64,000 bases of DNA, taken from assembly GCA_016191385.1 (NCBI GenBank), contig JACPOT010000011.1:7351-71350 (forward strand), written 5' to 3'. Position 1 is the stretch's first letter. Every line of letters starts with the position of its first letter. This document shows, piece by piece, positions 56,823 through 64,000 of this stretch. The notes beneath the pieces were generated by a model. It searched no databases and was not told where the DNA came from. It was given only the letters and a program-made list of their open reading frames with translations. This DNA is from Chloroflexota bacterium (GTDB lineage: Bacteria > Chloroflexota > Limnocylindria > P2-11E). The translations under genes and the position numbers were made by a program.

Positions 56823-58436
56823 ATGTTCGGTACACGACGGGAGTCTGAGTTGGGCCGCGGTGGCGGACCTACGCTTTCGCGGCAGGACGCGGAGCGCGTG
56901 AAGGAGGCCGGCGAGACGGTCACCAAGGTGAACAGCCGCGTCACCACTGCGACGACGCAGGTCACGACGGCGATGGACCGGGTCAAGACGCTGACGAAGG
57001 CGCGCGATGATGCGCGACACGAGCGCGTCCGTGCGGAGACAGCCGATGGTGAAGTCGCAAACGCCCGCAAGGCCGTCACGGCTGCCGAAGGAGCGATCGC
57101 GAAGGCGGCTGCGGACATCGTGCGCGTCGCGCAGGAGCTTGCGCGACTCTCTCCCGCCGAACGCGATCCGCTTACCCGCGAGCTCAAGGAATTGCCAGCC
57201 CTCCGGGCACGGGCCGCTGAGCTCCGGACGAAGGGCGCGCTCCTCGAGGACTCGCTCGGCCGCGTCACGAAGCTGCAGGCCGAGCTCGCCCCGCTGCGCC
57301 TGACGCTGCCGCCAGACGAGCGGACGCGTCGCAGGACGCGGCAGCGCGACCTAGCGGCGGAGCGTGAACGTCTGCAGCGCGCGCTCGAGGTCGCGCGCAC
57401 TGGCTACGCGCAGAGCAAGCAGGCCCGCGAACGGGCGGACACCGCATTCGCGAACGCTCGGACCAAGCGCAGCGACCTGCTTGGCAAGGTGCAGCAGCAC
57501 CGCGAGCGCGCGGGCGGGTTCCGATCGCTCGCCGCGGTGCGTCTCGCGGACGTTCCCGAGGCGTGGCGCGAGCGGGCGCAAGCCGCTGATGCGACTCTGG
57601 TGAACGAGCTCGAAACGCGCTTCAACGCCCTCGCCGACAGCGAGAGCCGATACGAGGAGCTCGTCGAGGCGGAACAGACCCATGGTCAGTTCGCGGCCGA
57701 GGTCGCCTCCATCGAAGAGCGCATTGAGCGAATCCCGACCGAGCAGCGGATTCCCGTCGAAACCGCTCAGGCCGAGCAGCGCGACGCGCTCGCGTCGCGG
57801 ACGGTCCAGGAGAAGGAACGCGACGCCGCCAACAAGCGTGTGCACGACCTCGAGCAGCAGCGCGAGCGCAGGACCGAGCTCGAGGGCGAGGTCGGCGCCG
57901 CGCGCCGTCGTGCGCACCTCTACGGACGGCTTGAGGACTTGCTCGGACGTCGGCGCCTGCAAGCCTTCCTGATCGACGAGGCGCTCCGCGGCGTCCAGGC
58001 GTTCGCGAACGAGACCCTCGGGCGGGTCTCGGACCACCAGCTTGAACTCCACCTGCGCCGTGAGTCGACCGCGGGTGGCGACGAGGAGATCGTCATCCGC
58101 GCGACGGACCACTCCTCGGCCGACGCACCGCTGGACATCGAGTTCATCTCGGGCGGGCAGAAGTTCCGCGTCGCCGTCGCGCTCGCGGCTGGCATTGGGC
58201 AGTACGCCGGCGGCATGCGCGGCGCGCCGCGGGCGCTCATCGTTGACGAAGGCTTCGGCAGCCTCGATGTGCGGGGTCGCCAAGAGATGATCCAGGAGCT
58301 CCACAGCCTCGCGCAGTACCTCGAGCGGGTGATCGTCGTCAGCCACCACGACGACTTCCGCGACCGCCTGCTCTTCCCGAGCCGCTACGTGATCAGCCGG
58401 GACGGCGACGCAACACTCGTGGAGCGCCTGGTGTGA
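56823..58436 (+). CDS. SbcC/Rad50 C-terminal-like ATPase half: coiled coil plus ABC signature/Walker B head, no Walker A
   Basis: About 400 aa of Ala/Arg/Glu coiled coil, then FISGGQKFRVAVALAAGI (signature), RALIVDEGFGSLD (Walker B/D-loop), RVIVVSHHDDF (H-loop). In-frame stop 4 codons upstream of the ATG. 3' end overlaps the next gene (GTGA). Confidence 0.7.
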   Translation: MFGTRRESELGRGGGPTLSRQDAERVKEAGETVTKVNSRVTTATTQVTTAMDRVKTLTKARDDARHERVRAETADGEVANARKAVTAAEGAIAKAAADIVRVAQELARLSPAERDPLTRELKELPALRARAAELRTKGALLEDSLGRVTKLQAELAPLRLTLPPDERTRRRTRQRDLAAERERLQRALEVARTGYAQSKQARERADTAFANARTKRSDLLGKVQQHRERAGGFRSLAAVRLADVPEAWRERAQAADATLVNELETRFNALADSESRYEELVEAEQTHGQFAAEVASIEERIERIPTEQRIPVETAQAEQRDALASRTVQEKERDAANKRVHDLEQQRERRTELEGEVGAARRRAHLYGRLEDLLGRRRLQAFLIDEALRGVQAFANETLGRVSDHQLELHLRRESTAGGDEEIVIRATDHSSADAPLDIEFISGGQKFRVAVALAAGIGQYAGGMRGAPRALIVDEGFGSLDVRGRQEMIQELHSLAQYLERVIVVSHHDDFRDRLLFPSRYVISRDGDATLVERLV

Positions 58437-60109
58437 TCAAGACAGGACATGACAGCGGGCGAGGATCTGAGGACCCTGCGCTGTCCAGTGTCGAAATGAA
58501 CCACGTCCCCACGCAGCCCACCCTCGGCCTCAGTGAGCCCGGCACGACTGCTGTGTTGCAGGACGGCGCGTCGGGCCTTGCGACGCACTCAGACAACTCA
58601 CCGTTCGTCTCACCCGATGGGCCTACGACGACGGCGAGCGCCGCGCCGGCCGATGAAGCAGAGCCCGAGCGCGACCCGACGCGAGCGCTCCGGGCGAAGG
58701 CTCTCGCGTGCACGGCTCCGCTCCACGACCTCCAACGCAACCGCGGGCTTCGCGGGTGGGACGCCTTTGACCTGTACGACCTCTCGCTCGTCGCGATCGA
58801 CCTCGTCGTGGACAAGATGGGCTTCGACTCCGGGATCGGTGCCGATGAGCTCGTCGGGGCACTCGCGAGCCGTGCCCGCAAGCAGGTGCCCGGCACTGAC
58901 TTCGAGCAGGCCCGGGCCGTGGCCGAGGGCGTTGTCGGCGCGCTCATCCGACCAAGTGTCGCCGAGTACACATCAGAGCTCGAGGATGTCCGACGGCAGT
59001 TCGAGTTCGCGCTGCTGACCGAGCACGAGCGCACCGAAGGCACGATCTACCTGCGCGCGACGAGCCAGGCCATCAACGTCCTGGTCGGCGGATTGAACGT
59101 GGACGTCGAGTCCGCGCAAATGGCCGCGGAGGCGACGCTCGAGCACCTCCTGCGCCGTCAGCGGCTTGCCGATGCCGCGGTCCCCGCGCGCGAGGCGAAG
59201 ATCCGCTCGGTCCAGTACGCCGACTACGTGCGCCGACTCATCGAGGACACCAGGCGGGACGTGCGCCGCGCCGGCTGGCGCGAGCAGGTGCCCGAGCGGC
59301 TCTCCGAGATCCGTGGGCACCTGACCGAACGGATGGACACCGAGCGCAAGCTCCTTGCGGCGATCCAAGAGCAGCGCGGATCCGCCGAGCGCGAGGACCT
59401 GCGTGAACACGCCGCGCGCCTTGTGGAGATCGTGAACGACTGCTTCGACCGCCACTCCGAGCTGCACCGCGTCACCCTTGAGGCGGCGCGGGTCTACATC
59501 GAGGAGCGCGATCGCCAAACGTTCGGTCGTGTCAGCGCAATCCGAGGTGTTGACCTGACCGACGAACTCCTTCTACCAGCGCTCGCGTCGCCGATCGATC
59601 GCGTCGAGCCGGTGATCGCAGCCGTGGCCTCGCGGCTGATCGGAATGGGTCCTGGTAGTGGCCAGAAGGTGACCCCATGGCGACAGCTTTCCCTCACGTG
59701 GTTCGTGCGCGATCTGCTCCATGAGGTCCAACACCGCGAGGAGCTCGGCGAACCCGTCACGGACCCCGCGTGGGAGGAGCCAGCTCCAGACCCGCTCGAG
59801 TTCGATGAGCATACGCGCGGCTCTGTGGGCGAGCTCCTCGACGCGCTGACCACTCCGCAGCGCCTCTCGCGGCTGCTGGTCACCGCGCTCGAGCGTGGGT
59901 TCAACACCGCCGACTTGCTGCGACTGCGCGCGCTCGTCGCCACCGCACCGGAGATCCTCGCCACGGACCCAGAACAGCGCCTGCTCATCGCCGCTCCGAT
60001 CGCGGCTTCCTTCCGCCTAGACGGGTTCGCCGGTGACGACCTGCTCGTCGGTCTTGCGACCGTCCTCGCCGACGAGGCTCCTGGCGCCGCGGGGAGGACG
60101 CCACATTGA
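58433..60109 (+). CDS. Hypothetical protein, 558 aa (JetA/MksF-like by size and position only)
   Basis: No recognised motif. Helical, Glu/Arg/Leu-rich. Translationally coupled on both sides. Confidence 0.5.
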   Translation: MIKTGHDSGRGSEDPALSSVEMNHVPTQPTLGLSEPGTTAVLQDGASGLATHSDNSPFVSPDGPTTTASAAPADEAEPERDPTRALRAKALACTAPLHDLQRNRGLRGWDAFDLYDLSLVAIDLVVDKMGFDSGIGADELVGALASRARKQVPGTDFEQARAVAEGVVGALIRPSVAEYTSELEDVRRQFEFALLTEHERTEGTIYLRATSQAINVLVGGLNVDVESAQMAAEATLEHLLRRQRLADAAVPAREAKIRSVQYADYVRRLIEDTRRDVRRAGWREQVPERLSEIRGHLTERMDTERKLLAAIQEQRGSAEREDLREHAARLVEIVNDCFDRHSELHRVTLEAARVYIEERDRQTFGRVSAIRGVDLTDELLLPALASPIDRVEPVIAAVASRLIGMGPGSGQKVTPWRQLSLTWFVRDLLHEVQHREELGEPVTDPAWEEPAPDPLEFDEHTRGSVGELLDALTTPQRLSRLLVTALERGFNTADLLRLRALVATAPEILATDPEQRLLIAAPIAASFRLDGFAGDDLLVGLATVLADEAPGAAGRTPH

Positions 60110-60858
60110 CGACCGACACAGCCCGCGAGGTTGGCCGATTGATCGGCTTCGGGTCCCAGCCGAAACTCGTCCCCGGACGGGATCCCGAGTACCGCGAGCT
60201 CGTGGCGCGGTACCGGAATGAACCGGAGTTCCGTGACACGTTCGACCGCACGGCCAAGGGCATGGGGCTCGAGGTCCTCGACTGTTCAGAGATCCACGGG
60301 CTGGTGCTCGCCGCGGACTCGGACGAGTCGCCCTTCCACCTCAGACTCGACGAATTCGCGCAAATGGCAGCGGAGGAACGCCACCGTTACGCGCTGGTCT
60401 TCCTGTCCATCGCTGCCGCGAGCTACCCACGCGCCGACGCACTCGAGGACGAGACCGGACCGCTGCCGCAGATCACGGTGAGCCAGGTCGTGCGCTTCAT
60501 GAATCAGCTCGCAGCGCGAGTCGCAGATGAGCGGGGCAAGAACCACGATCCAGACCCGCCCGCGGACGAGCCGCTGCACCAGCGCTTGTACCAAGCCATA
60601 CAGACCTGGGCCGACACCGCGGCTACCGCGGACCAGCGCAGCCACCCGCGCCAGAAATCTGGCATGGTCCGGCGGTCTTTGCGGTGGCTCGCGGCCAACG
60701 GCTGCGCCGACGATGTCGGCGAGGACGCCTTCCGCATGCGCAGCCGTTTCCGGCTCTTGGTCCTCGACGGCATCGGCGCCCTGCCCAGACAGACAGGCAC
60801 CACTTCCGTTGGCGAGGCGCTTTCCTTCCTACGGACGCTCTCGGGCCACGACGTATGA
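60106..60858 (+). CDS. Hypothetical protein, 250 aa (JetB/MksE-like by size and position only)
   Basis: TTG start overlaps the upstream stop (TTGA). Stop overlaps the downstream ATG (ATGA). No motif recognised. Confidence 0.5.
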   Translation: MTTDTAREVGRLIGFGSQPKLVPGRDPEYRELVARYRNEPEFRDTFDRTAKGMGLEVLDCSEIHGLVLAADSDESPFHLRLDEFAQMAAEERHRYALVFLSIAAASYPRADALEDETGPLPQITVSQVVRFMNQLAARVADERGKNHDPDPPADEPLHQRLYQAIQTWADTAATADQRSHPRQKSGMVRRSLRWLAANGCADDVGEDAFRMRSRFRLLVLDGIGALPRQTGTTSVGEALSFLRTLSGHDV

Positions 60859-63800
60859 AGCTGCAGATTTCGCGGATCTACCTTGCGGGCATCGGCCACA
60901 CGGAGGCGCGAGCGGATCCGCTCACGTTGACGCTCCTCGGCCACGCCGACGCGAACCCTGAGCACAGCTTGCTGTTCCTGCGGAACGCGGGCGGCAAGAC
61001 GAGCCTCATGCGCGAGCTCTTCTCGATGCTCCACCCCGCGATCGTTGAGCGCATCGGACGTGAGGACACGGCGGGACGTACCGGGAACCTGGTCGACTAC
61101 ATCCTCCGGACCGACACGGCCCACGTCGTCGTGGAGTGGCGGCGCGTCGACAGCGGCAAGCTGTTCGACGACTGGACGCTGCTGACAGGCATGGTCGCGG
61201 AGTGGCGGGGCGAACACGTGACCCGGAGCATCGCCGATCTCAACCGCGCCTGGTACTCGATCAGTGGGCCGTTCGAGCGCGCGTCACTCGAGCAGCTCCA
61301 GTTCTTCATCGAGAAGGACGGCGCGCGGCACCGCATACGACTGCGTGCGTTCCGTGAGCAGCTTGCCGCGCTTGCCCGCGGACGCGGCGCGCCCGCCGTC
61401 GAAACGTTCGACGTGCAGCAGCGCTGGGTCGAGCACCTCGACAGCCTCGGGCTCGACCGTGTGCTCCTGAGGTACATGGGCGAGATGAACCACAGCGAGG
61501 CGGGCGCCTCCGCGATCGCGCACTGGCGTACGGAAGTCGACTTCATCCGCTTCTTCGTCAAGACCGTCATCGACCCAGGCGAGGTCGAGAGCCTCCAAGG
61601 TGAGATCGCTGCGACGGCCGACAAGATCCGGCGTCTGCCTGACCTAGAACGGCAACTCCGCTTCGAGCAGAGCGTCCACGCCGAACTGGGTCCGCTCGCC
61701 GAGAGCGTCAGAGCGCACCGGCGCGCCGAGGAGACCTACGGGCAAGTCCGTTCCGATGCGCGCTTGCTCCTGCGCGGCTTCGAGGCCCGCGAAGGAATCG
61801 AGCGCGAGCGCGCAACGGCGTCCGAGCAGCGGGCGCGCGAGCGCGGACGCGCCGCGCAGCAGCACGAGAGCAGCGCCGACCGCTGGCAGGACATCGCACG
61901 CGAGCATGACCAGACCGCCGCACGGTTCGCGCAAACGGAAGCTGAGGAGTCCTATGCGGAAGCGCAGCGCCGCGACGAGCAGGGCGGTCGGGACGTCCAG
62001 GCGTGGCGGCTGACCGAGGACCTCGCGCGGCGTGACGCGGCGGAAGCTGAGCTAGGCGCGATCGAGGAGCTTGCGGCGAAAGAACGCGAGCGCTTCGCCC
62101 CGCTCGAACAGCAACGTGACGAAGCAGCGCGCGCTCTCGCCTCGACCCTCACTGCGACGGCCGCGCGCGCCGACACGAACGCCACCGATGCTAACGCGCG
62201 TGCCGGCAGCGCCGCCGATCTCGCTCGTGCGAAGCGGAAGGAGCAGACCGACGCCCTCACCGAGAGCGCAGGCCTTGAGGCCGACGCGCGCGCCGATGAG
62301 GCGCGCCTGGAGAGCGCGCGCTCGCAGCGTCAGCGGCTCGTCGCGAAGGGCTTCGTCAAGGCCGACGAGCCAGCCCGGGTCGCCCTTGCGAGGGAGACCG
62401 CCCGAGAGAGCGACGCGCACGACCGCCGCACGGCGGCCGAGCGCGAACGGGGCACGCTTGCGACGGAACGGCTGGATCTGGAGCGCGAGGGCCGCAGCGA
62501 ATCCGACGAGCGCATCCGCCTCGAACGCAGCCACACCCAGACAGCGAGAGAACTCGATGTCGCGGAGGCAGAGCGCGCCGAGCTCGCCGCCGATCCACTC
62601 GTCCTAGAAGTCGCGCAGGAAACGATCGCAATCGATATTGAGGCCCTCGGCACGGCCGTCGCCGAGCGCCTTCGTGTACGTGCCGAGGCTGGGACGCAGC
62701 GCGCTCGCGAACTCGACCTGGCCGCAGCCAGCGACCGGCGTGCGATCAGCGGCCTGACTGAGCAGCACCTGCTGCCGGCGCCGCTCGAAGTGGAAAGCGC
62801 CCTGGATGCGCTCGCCGGTGCGGGGATCAGCGCCGCGCTCGCCGCCACGCACTACGCGGCGAACGCGATGAACGCGGACGAACGCACGCGTGCCTCCGCC
62901 GCGCGGCCTGACCTGTTGGCCGGGATCGTCCTCTCGCGCGCGGCTGACCTTCCGGAGGCACGCCGCGTCCTCGACGCGACGCCGCTCACACGCAGCGTGC
63001 CCCTGGTGGTGGGACCCGCGCAGGTCCTCTACGAGGCGTCTGCGCGGCCCGATGACGCGAGCTTCGTCCTGCCGCCCTCGGACGCGGCGTGGGACACGAG
63101 CGCCGCCGAAGTGGAACTCCTCCGCCTGACTGAGCAGACCACCGCAATCGACGCGCAGCGCGCAGAGCTGCTCGGACGCGCGGACACAGAATCGCAGCTC
63201 GCGCGCCGTCTCCTCGAGCACCTCGACCGCTACCCCGTTGGCTTCGTTGCTGCGCAACGCGCGCTGCGAGCTGGCTACGCGAGTGAGCTCGAGCGGCTCG
63301 GGACTCGCGAGAGCCAGCGGATCTCACGGTTGCAGCAGATCGATACGCGCGACGACGAGCTCCAAGCCATAGTCCGCGGCTCACACGAGATCGAAACGGA
63401 TGCCGCTGCGAAGCGCGCCGCGCTCGCGGAGCTCGTAGAAACGGAACAACGTGTCGCCGGGGTCGAAACGCTGATCGTGCAGCGGCGAGAGGAAGCGCGG
63501 GCAATGCGGGAGCTCGCGGAGGTCGCGCGACACGAGGAGGAGCAAGCGCAGGCGGAAGGCAGACGCGCCGAGGACGAGTCCCGTGACGCGCGTCGTCTGG
63601 CGACCGAGCTTCGGGCCGAGGTTGCGAGGCTGGCCGTCGCGCCCGGTTCAGAGGCCGCCTTCGACCGCGGGGCGCTGCCAGAGCTGCGTGCGCGATACGA
63701 GGAGCTTGACCAGCGCGTCAGGCGGAGTTTCAGCGAGTCAGAGATCCTTCAGCGGCTCGACTTTCAGGGCCGGCAACTCGCGACCATGCGGGAGCGAATC

Positions 63801-64000
63801 GCTCGGGAGCCCGCCGACGTACAGGCCCGCGCCGGAGAGCTCGTTGCTACCGCCGACGGCACGACCGCCGAGGGAAGGGCCGCCGCGCTGCGCCGGGCCC
63901 AAGTCGCTAGCGAGCAGGCGTCCCAGGCCCGGCGGGAGGCCTATGCGGTTCTTGAGGACGCCAAGCGAGCCCTACGTGAGATCACGGAGACCATCGAGCG
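60855..64000 (+). CDS. SMC-like ATPase, N-terminal head with deviant P-loop followed by >900 aa coiled coil (partial, continues beyond window)
   Basis: LLFLRNAGGKTSLMRELFSML (P-loop similar to SbcC GPNGAGKS). Very long Ala/Arg/Glu/Leu heptad-rich region. No stop before the window end. Confidence 0.7.
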   Translation, partial: MKLQISRIYLAGIGHTEARADPLTLTLLGHADANPEHSLLFLRNAGGKTSLMRELFSMLHPAIVERIGREDTAGRTGNLVDYILRTDTAHVVVEWRRVDSGKLFDDWTLLTGMVAEWRGEHVTRSIADLNRAWYSISGPFERASLEQLQFFIEKDGARHRIRLRAFREQLAALARGRGAPAVETFDVQQRWVEHLDSLGLDRVLLRYMGEMNHSEAGASAIAHWRTEVDFIRFFVKTVIDPGEVESLQGEIAATADKIRRLPDLERQLRFEQSVHAELGPLAESVRAHRRAEETYGQVRSDARLLLRGFEAREGIERERATASEQRARERGRAAQQHESSADRWQDIAREHDQTAARFAQTEAEESYAEAQRRDEQGGRDVQAWRLTEDLARRDAAEAELGAIEELAAKERERFAPLEQQRDEAARALASTLTATAARADTNATDANARAGSAADLARAKRKEQTDALTESAGLEADARADEARLESARSQRQRLVAKGFVKADEPARVALARETARESDAHDRRTAAERERGTLATERLDLEREGRSESDERIRLERSHTQTARELDVAEAERAELAADPLVLEVAQETIAIDIEALGTAVAERLRVRAEAGTQRARELDLAAASDRRAISGLTEQHLLPAPLEVESALDALAGAGISAALAATHYAANAMNADERTRASAARPDLLAGIVLSRAADLPEARRVLDATPLTRSVPLVVGPAQVLYEASARPDDASFVLPPSDAAWDTSAAEVELLRLTEQTTAIDAQRAELLGRADTESQLARRLLEHLDRYPVGFVAAQRALRAGYASELERLGTRESQRISRLQQIDTRDDELQAIVRGSHEIETDAAAKRAALAELVETEQRVAGVETLIVQRREEARAMRELAEVARHEEEQAQAEGRRAEDESRDARRLATELRAEVARLAVAPGSEAAFDRGALPELRARYEELDQRVRRSFSESEILQRLDFQGRQLATMRERIAREPADVQARAGELVATADGTTAEGRAAALRRAQVASEQASQARREAYAVLEDAKRALREITETIE

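Noticed and set aside
1-64000. Search for CRISPR arrays, IS elements/transposases, integrases, rRNA genes.
   Set aside because: No regularly spaced short repeats, no transposase/integrase-like ORFs and no rRNA-like sequence were seen. The only repeat structure noted is the 98-bp tandem duplication.

Overview
High-GC (roughly 70%+) chromosomal window with actinobacterial-type gene content. Because of the GC bias almost every stretch has long Arg/Ala/Gly/Pro-rich shadow ORFs on the opposite strand and in alternative frames. I called genes only where I recognised motifs or a coherent operon context. Coordinates derived by hand counting may be off by 1 nt.

Gene content from left to right:
- A PSP1/RicT-like gene ending in a perfect 2x98-bp tandem duplication.
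- A Type II m5C restriction-modification island (XRE regulator, Vsr, Dcm, HNH nuclease).
- A degenerate polyprenyl synthase-like gene, a class A PBP and an AAA ATPase.
- tRNA-Arg(CCG), tatC and rarA.
- An ArsR gene leading a phosphatidylinositol / PIM-like operon: CDP-alcohol phosphatidyltransferase, myo-inositol-1-phosphate synthase, two HtrB-like acyltransferases, a PHP phosphoesterase and a GT4 PimA-like glycosyltransferase.
- A Dpp-like ABC importer encoding only the binding protein and two permeases.
- A crotonase gene translationally coupled to a CoA-transferase pseudogene.
- htpX-lemA-tkt, divergent from gnd-zwf-opcA, followed by an N-lobe-less PknB-like kinase and a PP2C phosphatase.
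- A polyprenyl-phosphate-mannose glycosylation locus: a 1199-aa GT-C fusion (DUF2029-like domain, PMT/GT39-like domain and a soluble insert), a second GT-C gene, DUF47-PitA, and a GT2 Ppm-synthase-like gene.
- Thiamine pyrophosphokinase.
- A second, lower-GC Type II RM islet (PD-(D/E)xK candidate, beta-class amino-MTase, RHH protein).
- lysA, a DUF151 nuclease-domain gene, a rhomboid protease gene, and a PP2C-like membrane protein.
- The replication origin region: dciA-recF-dnaN-oriC (DnaA boxes)-dnaA, divergent from rpmH-rnpA-yidD-yidC-jag.
- An MFS transporter and an SGNH lipoprotein.
- tmRNA (ssrA), followed by a translationally coupled four-gene operon of SMC/SbcC-like ATPases and two unknown proteins that runs off the window end.

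The most likely candidate for an undescribed system is the tmRNA-adjacent operon. Its last three genes match the size and order of the Wadjet/Mks JetA-JetB-JetC arrangement, with an extra upstream 'half-SMC' gene that is not part of that architecture. No CRISPR array, IS element or integrase was found.
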